Below, one piece after another: positions 47,624-55,715 of a stretch of DNA of 64,000 nt. The DNA is from Armatimonadota bacterium (GTDB lineage Bacteria; Armatimonadota; Hebobacteria; CAIYQO01), in contig JBBRXO010000006.1 of the NCBI GenBank assembly GCA_038248345.1, positions 10 through 64,009 of the forward strand, read 5' to 3'. The notes under the pieces were generated by a model. It was not told the DNA's origin. It was given only the letters and a program-made list of their open reading frames with translations, and ran no database searches. The translations under genes and the position numbers were made by a program. Position 1 is the first letter of the stretch; each line of letters opens with the position of its first letter.

Positions 47624-50600
47624 TTATATCGTTGTTATCCCCACTACAATCTCCTCGCCTCCCAACTCTACCGTCGCGTTATAAACTTCGGCGGGGACAG
47701 TGTCGAAGTTCACGACATCAGACAGCGTCTCGGCCATCAAATAGGCTAGGTTATCCGCGATTGCGGTCGCTAATTCCTCGGATAACTGCAATGTCAGCGT
47801 TATATGATCGCTGATCTGGAGCGCGGCGTCTTTGCGCGCGTCCTGCACGGCGCGCACCAGGTCGCGTGCCAACCCTTCGCGGCGCAGCTCCTCGGTGATC
47901 TCGGTATTCAGCGCCACCACGTAGCCGCCGTCTTCTGCCACGGCGAAACCTTCGGGAGAAGAGGTCTCGATGAGAATCTCTTCACCGGTGAACTGCATCA
48001 CCTCTCCGGCGACAGTCAACGGGAAGCTCTCGCCGGCTTTGGATGCGGCCACCATCGCTTGCGCGGTCGGCTGGTCAATAAGCAGCAAAGCCTCTTTCAT
48101 GGCCGGCACCAGCTTGCCATATTTGCGCCCTACCACCGGCAAGTTCGGCTTGAAGTTGTACTTCACCAGCCCGCTCTCGCCATCGAGGAAACGTACATCC
48201 TTCACGTTCAGCTCATCACGCAATACTTCGATAAACTGCGCCAGACTCGCTTTCTCGGCATCGCCGGGCACGTGTACCAGCAGCTCTGCCAGTGGCTGGC
48301 GAATCTTCCAGCCGGATTCGGCACGTGCGGAGCGGCCCAGCTCTACTGTCTTCAACAGCACCGACATGTCGGTGTCCAGTTGCGTGTCGAGCAGACTCGC
48401 ATCCACCACCGGCCATGCGGCCAGGTGGACGCTCTCCGCCTCCCCCTGCCCGTCGGTCAAGTTTCGATAGATCTCCTCGCTGATGAACGGCGCAAACGGC
48501 GCGGTCAATTTCGCTACCGTGAGCAAGCAGGTGTAGAGCGTATAATAAGCCGCCTGTTTGTCGGCGTCCGCCTCGCTCTTCCAGAAACGACGGCGATTGC
48601 GGCGCAGATACCAGTTGGAGAGCAGGTCGACGAACTCCTCCACCGCGCGGCCCGCCTCGGTGACGCGGTAATGCTCCAGGTGCTCGGTCACTTCGCCGAT
48701 AACCAGCTGCAGCCGTGACAGCGCCCATTTGTCGATCTTCGCCAGTTCCATCGGCATCTCGCCCGGCGTCCAGCCGTCCAGATTAGCATAGGTAACGCAG
48801 AAGCTGTAGGTATTCCACAGCGTCAGGAGGAATTTGCGCACCGACTCCGCCACCAGCAACCCGCTGAATCGACGCGGATTCCCCGGCGTGGTGCAGGTGA
48901 AGAGATACCAGCGTAGGGCGTCAACACCATGCGCATCGATGATCTCCCACGGGTCGATCACATTCCCCTTGGACTTCGACATTTTGAAGCCCTTTTCATC
49001 GAGGATGTGCCCAAGGCAGATGACGTTTTTGAACGCTGGTTCGCCGGTAAGCAAAGTAGAAAGCGCATGCAAGCTGTAGAACCACCCGCGTGTCTGGTCC
49101 ACCGCTTCGGAGATGAAATCTGCCTGGCGCACGTGATGCTCGTCCACCCACTGCTTGTTTTCAAAGGGATAATGCCACTGCGAAACCGGCATGGCACCGC
49201 TATCGAACCAGGCGTCGAGTACCTCGGGCAAGCGGCGCATTTCACCGCCACACTTGCTGCACGGCCAGGTCACTTCGTCTATATATGGGCGGTGCAGATC
49301 CAGCTCGGTGCAATCGCGTCCCGCTTTAGTGCTCAATTCGGCCACGCTGCCGATACATTCCTGCTGCCCACAGGCACATTCCCAGATAGGCAGTGGTGTG
49401 CCCCAGTAGCGCTCGCGGCTGATGGCCCAGTCGATGTTGTTCTCCAGCCAGTTACCGAAGCGCCCGTTTTTGATATGCTCCGGCTGCCAGGTGATCTCCT
49501 GGTTCCCGCTGATGAGTCGGTCTTTCACTGCAGTAGTACGGATATACCAGCTGGTTTTGGCGTAAAAGAGCAGCGCGGTGCTGCAGCGCCAGCAGAACGG
49601 GTAGGTGTGCTTGGTGCGCGCGGACTTGAACATCAAGTTGCGGTTCTTCAATTCGCGGATGATATGCGAATCTGCATCCTTGAAGAAGCGCGTCTCGAAC
49701 TGCGCCAGCTCCGGCAGCATCTTCCCCTGCAGGTCCACCGAGAAGAGCGTGGGCAGCCCGTGCCGTCGCCCGATCTCCAGGTCACCATAGGCAGGGGCGA
49801 TATGCACGATACCGGTGCCGTCGCCCAGGCTCACGTAGTCATCGGCAACTACGGTGTAGGCTTTGGACATATCGGTGGCCACACCTACACCCGGCACGCC
49901 GGGGTAGAGGTTCTCATAGACGATACCGGCCAGCTCTGCACCGGTGAAGCGGCGAATAATCGTCGCTTCCTCGCCGAGGTTAGCGGTCATCAACGCTTCT
50001 GCCAGCACAAAGGTCTCTTCGCCCAGTTGCGCAGCCACGTAGTCGCCCCCGGGCTTCACCGCCACCGCCACATTGGCGGGCAGCGTCCACGGGGTAGTTG
50101 TCCAGGCGAGGAAATATACATCGCCGGCCAGCCCCGCCAGCGGGGCGGGCAGCTGCCCGTCTACGCGTGCTACCTTGAATTTCGGCCAGATGCTCGGATC
50201 TTCAGTGTCATCCTTGTAACCCTGCGCCACTTCATGGTCGCTTAGGGTGGTGACACAGCGCGGGCAGTGCATATTCACCTTGTAGTCGCGATAGAGCAGC
50301 CCGCGATCCCACAGGTTCTTCAGAATCCACCAGTTGCTCTCCAGATACTCATTTTTGTAGGTGATGTACGGGTTTTCCAGATCGATCCAGTAACCGATGC
50401 GATCGGTCATCTTCTCCCATTCCTGTACGTAGCGAAAGACGCTGCCTTTGCATTTCTCATTGAAGGGGGCGATGCCGTACTGCTCGATGTCGTGCTTGCC
50501 TTCCAGCTTCAATTCGCGCTCAATCTCCAGCTCCACCGGCAATCCCTGGGTATCCCAGCCGCCGCGTGCTCCGATGATATGGAAGCCATTCATGCGCTTG

Positions 50601-50812
50601 TAGCGCAGCATGATATCCTTAAAAGCGCGCGCGAGCACGTGGTGCACACCGGGGCGGCCATTGGCAGTGGGAGGGCCTTCAAAGAAGATGAAATCCGGGC
50701 CATCCTCGGTGCCACTCATGGCGCGGCGCGGCACATCGGCCTCACGCCACCAGGCGAGAACCTCTTCTTCTAATTTCGGGAACGATACCTGTGAAGCTAC
50801 ACTACGAAACAC
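47624..50812 (-). CDS. ileS: isoleucine--tRNA ligase (type 2)
   Basis: 1062 aa. PTANGRPGVHHV HIGH region, KMSKS (FKMSKSKGN). GTG start with AAGGAG RBS. Confidence 0.95.
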   Translation of the reverse strand: MFRSVASQVSFPKLEEEVLAWWREADVPRRAMSGTEDGPDFIFFEGPPTANGRPGVHHVLARAFKDIMLRYKRMNGFHIIGARGGWDTQGLPVELEIERELKLEGKHDIEQYGIAPFNEKCKGSVFRYVQEWEKMTDRIGYWIDLENPYITYKNEYLESNWWILKNLWDRGLLYRDYKVNMHCPRCVTTLSDHEVAQGYKDDTEDPSIWPKFKVARVDGQLPAPLAGLAGDVYFLAWTTTPWTLPANVAVAVKPGGDYVAAQLGEETFVLAEALMTANLGEEATIIRRFTGAELAGIVYENLYPGVPGVGVATDMSKAYTVVADDYVSLGDGTGIVHIAPAYGDLEIGRRHGLPTLFSVDLQGKMLPELAQFETRFFKDADSHIIRELKNRNLMFKSARTKHTYPFCWRCSTALLFYAKTSWYIRTTAVKDRLISGNQEITWQPEHIKNGRFGNWLENNIDWAISRERYWGTPLPIWECACGQQECIGSVAELSTKAGRDCTELDLHRPYIDEVTWPCSKCGGEMRRLPEVLDAWFDSGAMPVSQWHYPFENKQWVDEHHVRQADFISEAVDQTRGWFYSLHALSTLLTGEPAFKNVICLGHILDEKGFKMSKSKGNVIDPWEIIDAHGVDALRWYLFTCTTPGNPRRFSGLLVAESVRKFLLTLWNTYSFCVTYANLDGWTPGEMPMELAKIDKWALSRLQLVIGEVTEHLEHYRVTEAGRAVEEFVDLLSNWYLRRNRRRFWKSEADADKQAAYYTLYTCLLTVAKLTAPFAPFISEEIYRNLTDGQGEAESVHLAAWPVVDASLLDTQLDTDMSVLLKTVELGRSARAESGWKIRQPLAELLVHVPGDAEKASLAQFIEVLRDELNVKDVRFLDGESGLVKYNFKPNLPVVGRKYGKLVPAMKEALLLIDQPTAQAMVAASKAGESFPLTVAGEVMQFTGEEILIETSSPEGFAVAEDGGYVVALNTEITEELRREGLARDLVRAVQDARKDAALQISDHITLTLQLSEELATAIADNLAYLMAETLSDVVNFDTVPAEVYNATVELGGEEIVVGITTI

Positions 50813-51103
50813 TGTGGCACTCCTTAATGAGAAAAGAGTTAGCAGTTAGTTTGATTGCTAACTACTAACCCTGCTGAAAAATCTGATCTGTTATTTTTTT
50901 CCAATTCCACCACGAAGTGGTGGTGGAATATAGCCCAGGGCGTAAGCCTTGGGATTGATTTTATCTATATTGCATCTCACCCCGAAGGGGTGACGGAAGA
51001 GTAGTCCACCACCACTTCGGGGTGGAATTAAAACTAAACTCTCTGACCCGGCGCTTACGCACCGGGCTATATTCCACCACCACTTTGTGGTGATATTCAA
51101 TGA
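50813..51103 (-). promoter_or_regulatory. highly structured 291-nt ileS 5' leader with attenuator-like terminator; candidate T-box-type or novel riboswitch, or an inserted MITE
   Basis: About 45-bp inverted repeat (50908-50960 vs 51040-51093). Several C(UUCG)G-loop hairpins on the transcribed strand (from ccaccacGAAGtggtggtgg, tcaccccGAAGgggtga). Hairpin GUUAGUAGUUAGC..CUAACUGCUAAC followed by UCUUUUCUC about 15 nt before the AAGGAG RBS. Confidence 0.5.
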
Positions 51104-52087
51104 TTATTTCTTCAACTTGCTGAACAGATTGCCAAACATATCGCCCAGGGTTGGGGTGGCGACGCTTTCGGCTTTCTGTTTCTGCATAAATTCGCGGGTT
51201 TCGTTACGTTCGCGATCGCGGGCTACTTGCTTGATGCTCAGCGTCATGCGGCGGTCACGCGGGCGGAATTCTATAACCTTGACGGATACGACCTGGCCCA
51301 CTGCTACTGCTTCCGCTGGTGTTTCGATGCGATGTTCGGTCATTTCGCGAGTGGGGATGGTGGCATCTACGCCTTTCATGACCAGCGCAGTAGCGCCAAA
51401 ACTTTCCAGCTTGGTGATGGTGACCTCAATAATAGAACCTTCGCGGATCTGCTTGTAAGCTGCTGTCCACGGATCATCTTCTAATTGTTTCAAGCCGAGA
51501 GAGATGCGTTTGCTATCTTTCTCTACGCGCAGTACTTTAAGCTGCAACTGCTGATCGATTTGCAGAAACTCTTCTGTTTTCTCTACACGATCCCAGGAGA
51601 TGTCCGAGACGTGTAGCAACCCATCAACACCGCCGATGTCGACAAAGGCGCCGAATTCGGTAATGCGGCGTACCACACCATCGACCAGCTGACCGGGTTT
51701 CAGGTTTATCATCAGCTCTTTCCGTTGCACAGCGCGCTTTTCTTCATCAGCACGGCGCTCGGAACAGATTACCCGCCCCTTTTCCTTGTCGACTTCAGAA
51801 ATTTTAAATTCGACCATATGGCCGATGTAGCGTTCTAAGCCATCCAGATCACGGGTAGCAATCTGTGATTTAGGGATGAAACCACGTACGCCCAGGTCAA
51901 TGACCAGCCCGCCCTTTACCGCGTCTACCACGGTGGAGGAAAGGGTGACTTGCGATTTACGGGCTTCTTCAAGAGATTCCCACATCTTATCATAGTCACT
52001 AGAAGTGCCGGCGGTGACAATACCACCCTCGGCAACTACAGAATCATCGACTTCAGCGGCGAAGTCTTCGGCAAACTCGTCAGGCAT
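51104..52087 (-). CDS. rpsA: S1 RNA-binding domain protein (short ribosomal protein S1-like, about 4 S1 repeats)
   Basis: 327 aa. Repeated GxV.G.V....GaFVdiGg S1 motifs; acidic N-terminus. Confidence 0.75.
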   Translation of the reverse strand: MPDEFAEDFAAEVDDSVVAEGGIVTAGTSSDYDKMWESLEEARKSQVTLSSTVVDAVKGGLVIDLGVRGFIPKSQIATRDLDGLERYIGHMVEFKISEVDKEKGRVICSERRADEEKRAVQRKELMINLKPGQLVDGVVRRITEFGAFVDIGGVDGLLHVSDISWDRVEKTEEFLQIDQQLQLKVLRVEKDSKRISLGLKQLEDDPWTAAYKQIREGSIIEVTITKLESFGATALVMKGVDATIPTREMTEHRIETPAEAVAVGQVVSVKVIEFRPRDRRMTLSIKQVARDRERNETREFMQKQKAESVATPTLGDMFGNLFSKLKK

Positions 52088-52323
52088 GAGTGCTCCTCTT
52101 CGGTCTATCCACAGGTTCCCCTGCGATACTACACGTTAGAATACCATAATCACCCGCTGTGAGGGAATACCCCGGAAAAGAAAATACTGCTTGATTGATG
52201 GCTTCGCAAAAATATTTTCTCCAAAAGAAGGAAATACCGCCCGACATTGCGAATTGATAGTATGTGTTTTTAATTTAGCGTTAGACCGTGAAAATTACCT
52301 ATCACAAGGAAAAGGGGAACAAA

Positions 52324-52722
52324 ATGGCTACTATAAAGAAAAAAAATGATGATGAAGTCGATCCGTTAGAAGCAACGAAACAGCGGATTACGGCGGAGAA
52401 GGTTCGACTGGAAGCTGAACTGCATGAGATAATCGAAAGAACTGTACTCTCTTCGGACACGGAGAAAGCAGCAGAAATCTCGTCTTATGATGACCACCCG
52501 GCGGATATGGCCTCGGAAACCTTCGAGCGCGAGAAAGATCTGGCGCTGGAAAGCAATATCCAGAGCCTGCTGACCAAAGTAAACACTGCACTGGAAAAGA
52601 TCGCCGAAGGTACCTATGGCATTTGCGATGTCTGCGGAGTGGAGATCAACGCGAAACGCATGGAAGCCCTCCCCTGGGCCTCGTTGTGCCGCGACTGCCA
52701 GGCCTTCCATGAAGGCCGCTGA
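52324..52722 (+). CDS. DksA/TraR-family C4 zinc-finger protein (YteA/YlyA-like)
   Basis: C-terminal CDVCGVEI...CRDCQ four-Cys finger. Start set at ATG 52324 with AAGGGGAA RBS; ORF begins at 52288. Position between ileS and lspA mirrors B. subtilis ylyA. Confidence 0.7.
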   Translation: MATIKKKNDDEVDPLEATKQRITAEKVRLEAELHEIIERTVLSSDTEKAAEISSYDDHPADMASETFEREKDLALESNIQSLLTKVNTALEKIAEGTYGICDVCGVEINAKRMEALPWASLCRDCQAFHEGR

Positions 52723-52725
52723 CCA

Positions 52726-53223
52726 GTGAAAATGCAAAAAAAAATATGGGCCGTTAGTGCAATTGTCATCCTGACGGCCCTCGATCAGCTTTCCAAGGCG
52801 CTGGTAATTCAACATTTCCCCACTCTCGGCACCTCTGTGCCGGTGGTGCCGGGTGTTTTCAGCATTACCTATCAGATTAATACCGGCATGGCCTTCAGTC
52901 AGGGATCATCCTGGGGGGTACCGCTCATTGTTTCGATAATCCTGCTGGCGCTAGCAGCATTATCATTTCTGATACGCCCATATATTGCTTTCCGCGGCGC
53001 TTTATCATCATTATGCTTGATTATAGCGGGCGCAACTGGTAATCTTATCGACAGAGTTCGTCTCGGCCATGTTACAGATTTTCTCGATCTTTATCGAGGA
53101 ACGTTTCATTGGCCAGTATTCAATATCGCGGATATCTGCGTGGTCATCGGGGTAGTTACTCTGGTGGTGACAATATTCACTGCAGAGCGTAAACGACCCA
53201 CGCCGGAAGGTACCACCATATGA
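52726..53223 (+). CDS. lspA: lipoprotein signal peptidase II
   Basis: 165 aa. 4 TM; NxGxAF and FNIADICVVIGV motifs. Confidence 0.85.
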   Translation: MKMQKKIWAVSAIVILTALDQLSKALVIQHFPTLGTSVPVVPGVFSITYQINTGMAFSQGSSWGVPLIVSIILLALAALSFLIRPYIAFRGALSSLCLIIAGATGNLIDRVRLGHVTDFLDLYRGTFHWPVFNIADICVVIGVVTLVVTIFTAERKRPTPEGTTI

Positions 53224-54197
53224 AACCTGTACTATTATCATTTGCCACCCCGGATCTGCTCATGCGGATAGGTATACTTTTAGTTGTTGCACTAGGAATC
53301 GGTATCTGGCTCTGGATCACCAGCCGCCGCGAGCCGCTGACAAAAGAGCACTATATCACCGGACTGGTGACGCTGGCGGTTGCTCTCATCCCGCTGGCAT
53401 TGTTGCAATTTTTCCCCGACATCCGCATCAACTCCTATGGAGCTATGCTCACATTGGGTTTCCTCGCGGGCACCATCACCGCTGTGCAATTGGGCAAGCG
53501 TCGAGGCATCGCCGGAGAGAATATCATCGACATGGGGTTGATTATCCTCATCGGGGCCATCATCGGTGCGCGCCTGATCTACGTGATGATTACCAAGGAT
53601 ATCAATGGAGTACACCCGCATATCATTGACGCCGAGATACTGCGCCAGGGTATGGGCGGCCTCAGTTTTCACGGCGGCCTCATCGGTGGTGTTATCGCCG
53701 CCGGGATATATGTCTGGATCACCAAACTGAACTTCTGGCGTGTGGCTGACACTATGGCTCCGGGATTAGCGATAGGCTACGCCATCACGCGCATCGGCTG
53801 TTTTCTCAATGGTTGCTGCTATGGCAGACCCGCTCCGGAGTGGCTACACACTCCCTTCGCCGTCACCTTCCCGGCCTTCGCTGGCCGCGCCCCTATCATC
53901 CACGTTTACGCCACCCAGCTCTACGCCATGGCGATGGGGCTGGTGATGTTCGGCATCCTGCTCCTGCTTGCCCGCGGGAAGAGTATGGGGCGCGCTGGCC
54001 GTCTGCTGATGGTGTTGCTTATCCTTGAGGGGATAGAGCGCTTTGTGATGGAGATCTTCCGCGAGCCGGATCCACATTTCACCAGCATCCTCTCCCCCGC
54101 CCAGGTGGTATCAATTGTGCTGGCGCTCATCGGAGTCATCGGCTACTTCCTGTTGAAGAAAGTACCGGCGGTGGTGGAAGAACCAGCCTCCGAGTAG
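53220..54197 (+). CDS. lgt: prolipoprotein diacylglyceryl transferase
   Basis: 325 aa. Lgt signature RIGCFLNGCCYG. Overlaps the lspA stop by 4 nt. Confidence 0.9.
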   Translation: MKPVLLSFATPDLLMRIGILLVVALGIGIWLWITSRREPLTKEHYITGLVTLAVALIPLALLQFFPDIRINSYGAMLTLGFLAGTITAVQLGKRRGIAGENIIDMGLIILIGAIIGARLIYVMITKDINGVHPHIIDAEILRQGMGGLSFHGGLIGGVIAAGIYVWITKLNFWRVADTMAPGLAIGYAITRIGCFLNGCCYGRPAPEWLHTPFAVTFPAFAGRAPIIHVYATQLYAMAMGLVMFGILLLLARGKSMGRAGRLLMVLLILEGIERFVMEIFREPDPHFTSILSPAQVVSIVLALIGVIGYFLLKKVPAVVEEPASE

Positions 54198-54215
54198 ACT
54201 CCCTTTGCATGGGCG

Positions 54216-54431
54216 TCATCCCTTCTCTACCGCCGCGAACCCCAACATGTCAATGATCCGCTTGATCTCGGCAATATCGATCTTTGTCTCATCGAAGGTG
54301 AATTCGCCGACAGTGGACTCGAGGTCTACTTTGGCTGAAATAACCCCTGGTGCACCAGCCAGACGTCGTTCGATACGCGATGAACAACCACCGCAGGTCA
54401 TCCCATGTATTGTCAATTCAATTGTAGTCAT
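54216..54431 (-). CDS. copZ: heavy-metal-associated (HMA) copper chaperone
   Basis: MTTIELTIHGMTCGGCSSRIE. Start set at the ATG with GAAGGAGAAAAG RBS. The upstream extension of the 106-aa ORF overlaps a dispersed repeat and is unlikely to be coding. Confidence 0.75.
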   Translation of the reverse strand: MTTIELTIHGMTCGGCSSRIERRLAGAPGVISAKVDLESTVGEFTFDETKIDIAEIKRIIDMLGFAAVEKG

Positions 54432-54449
54432 TTCTTTTCTCCTTCGATA

Positions 54450-54515
54450 ATAGTTCCAAGGCTGATTTAGAGTGTTCAAGCCCGTTAGCCTAATTCCCCG
54501 CCCTGAAGGACGGGG
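54450..54515 (-). repeat. family C repeat copy (inverted) in the copZ / peptidase intergenic region
   Basis: agttccaaggctgatttagagtgtt and ccccgccctgaaggacgggg are reverse complements of the segments at 38474-38545. Confidence 0.65.
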
Positions 54516-54600
54516 AGTAGAGATAATCGTCAACAAATTTTTATCCCCAAATAATGAAGCTCACTTCATTACTGATTCCTCGTATGAACATTTTTTTAAC

Positions 54601-54621
54601 TTGGAACTTGGAACTTGGAAC
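54601..54621 (+). promoter_or_regulatory. tandem heptanucleotide tract (TTGGAAC)3, 18 nt upstream of the peptidase MA-like gene
   Basis: Seen in sequence; followed by TAATGTCGTTATACTAGC and the ATG. Confidence 0.6.
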
Positions 54622-54639
54622 TAATGTCGTTATACTAGC

Positions 54640-55602
54640 ATGGATATGAGATTATTTATAGCCATATTGGCGCTCTTTGCCTGCGCATTATTCTGTCTGG
54701 CGCTATCCTGGGAGACATCTCCGGGGCGCGTGGTGGTGGTCAGCGTACATCCGGGTGAGGAGAGCGTCGCCCGGCTGGTGGAATCACTGGCGGAAAGTGA
54801 TGTTCCGCGCATTGCCGCCACATTGGGAGTTGCACTGCCGGGGCCATTTGAGGTGTACGCCTATACAGATGGGGCGGAGTTCATGACCGATGCCGGACGC
54901 AACCCCTACCTGCGCGGGGTCTCCTACCGCCCCAGCGGGGCCATCCGCGTGAATGCCACCACAACGGTTAATGAACTGCGCCGCACGCTAGCGCACGAGC
55001 TGACTCATAGCCTGCTGAATCAACTCCTCGGTGATCATATCAGCATACTGCCGCTCTGGGTGGATGAGGGGATAGCCGGGCACTGCTCCGACCCGATAGC
55101 GCCGGAGAACCTGCAGGCTGCCGCGCAGCAGATGCACCAGCAAGGAGTGCTGACATTGTACGAGATGGAGCACGGCTTTGGAGATGATCATAACAACAAT
55201 GCCGCCTACCTGCAAAGCCGTGCGATGATCGCCTGGTTGGAATATAATCATCCGGGAGCCCTGCGCAAACTGCTAGCGCGCATGGCAGACGGCGAATACT
55301 TCCCCGCCGCACTGCAAGCCACCACCGGGCTAACCGCCGAAGAATGGCTGAAACGCTGGCAACAAGGAATACCATTCTGGATAAATCTGATACCGATATT
55401 GAACTCCCCGGTAATCTTCGCCCCCTTTGCCATCCTAGTGGTGATAATAGTAATCCTGCGCGAGCGCAAACGCAAAGCAGAGGAAGAAGCAGAAGCGATG
55501 CTGGAAGAAGAGCCCGGGGAATTAACCGATGAGGAAGATGACCCGGAAGATGATCTGCTGGAGGACGAAAAGGCAATTGATGAGGAGATGGGGAAACTCT
55601 AA
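54640..55602 (+). CDS. putative zincin (peptidase MA-like, HELTH) protein with C-terminal TM anchor and acidic tail
   Basis: 320 aa. Signal/TM at N-terminus, LAHELTHSL ... VDEGIAGH. TM near residue 250, then an E/D-rich tail. (TTGGAAC)3 tract 18 nt upstream. Confidence 0.5.
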   Translation: MDMRLFIAILALFACALFCLALSWETSPGRVVVVSVHPGEESVARLVESLAESDVPRIAATLGVALPGPFEVYAYTDGAEFMTDAGRNPYLRGVSYRPSGAIRVNATTTVNELRRTLAHELTHSLLNQLLGDHISILPLWVDEGIAGHCSDPIAPENLQAAAQQMHQQGVLTLYEMEHGFGDDHNNNAAYLQSRAMIAWLEYNHPGALRKLLARMADGEYFPAALQATTGLTAEEWLKRWQQGIPFWINLIPILNSPVIFAPFAILVVIIVILRERKRKAEEEAEAMLEEEPGELTDEEDDPEDDLLEDEKAIDEEMGKL

Positions 55603-55657
55603 TTGTGCCCATCGTTTCTATTTGGTTTTTACGTGGCATGTGCTATACAACAAAATT

Positions 55658-55688
55658 CCCCCTGGAACCGTAGTTCCAGGGGGAATTT
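55658..55688. terminator. bidirectional terminator between the peptidase MA-like gene and the OFOR operon
   Basis: ccccctggaac-cgta-gttccaggggg, flanked by A-rich and T-rich runs. Confidence 0.65.
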
Positions 55689-55715
55689 GACTAGTGACTC
55701 GTGACTAGCGACTCG

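Noticed and set aside
48929-50245. 438-aa plus-strand ORF (and 47804-48718, 304 aa) inside ileS
   Set aside because: These are antisense to an unambiguous ileS reading frame. Long antisense ORFs are expected at 58% GC, and they have no RBS or motifs. The same reasoning rejects 9517-10446 (antisense to glmS), 11761-12663 (antisense to the amidohydrolase), 43430-44152 (antisense to fabG), 55818-57137 (antisense to the OFOR gene) and 20769-21362 (antisense to pepA).
50813-51103. Confident T-box riboswitch call for the ileS leader
   Set aside because: Leader terminator and gene identity fit, but I could not find the conserved T-box sequence (AAUUAGGGUGGNACCGCG) or a convincing specifier-loop context by eye. 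It is reported as a candidate needing Infernal confirmation.
54432-54536. N-terminal 35-aa extension of the copZ ORF
   Set aside because: The extension runs through a family-C dispersed repeat. The internal ATG has a perfect GAAGGAG RBS and yields a canonical 72-aa MTCGGC HMA chaperone.
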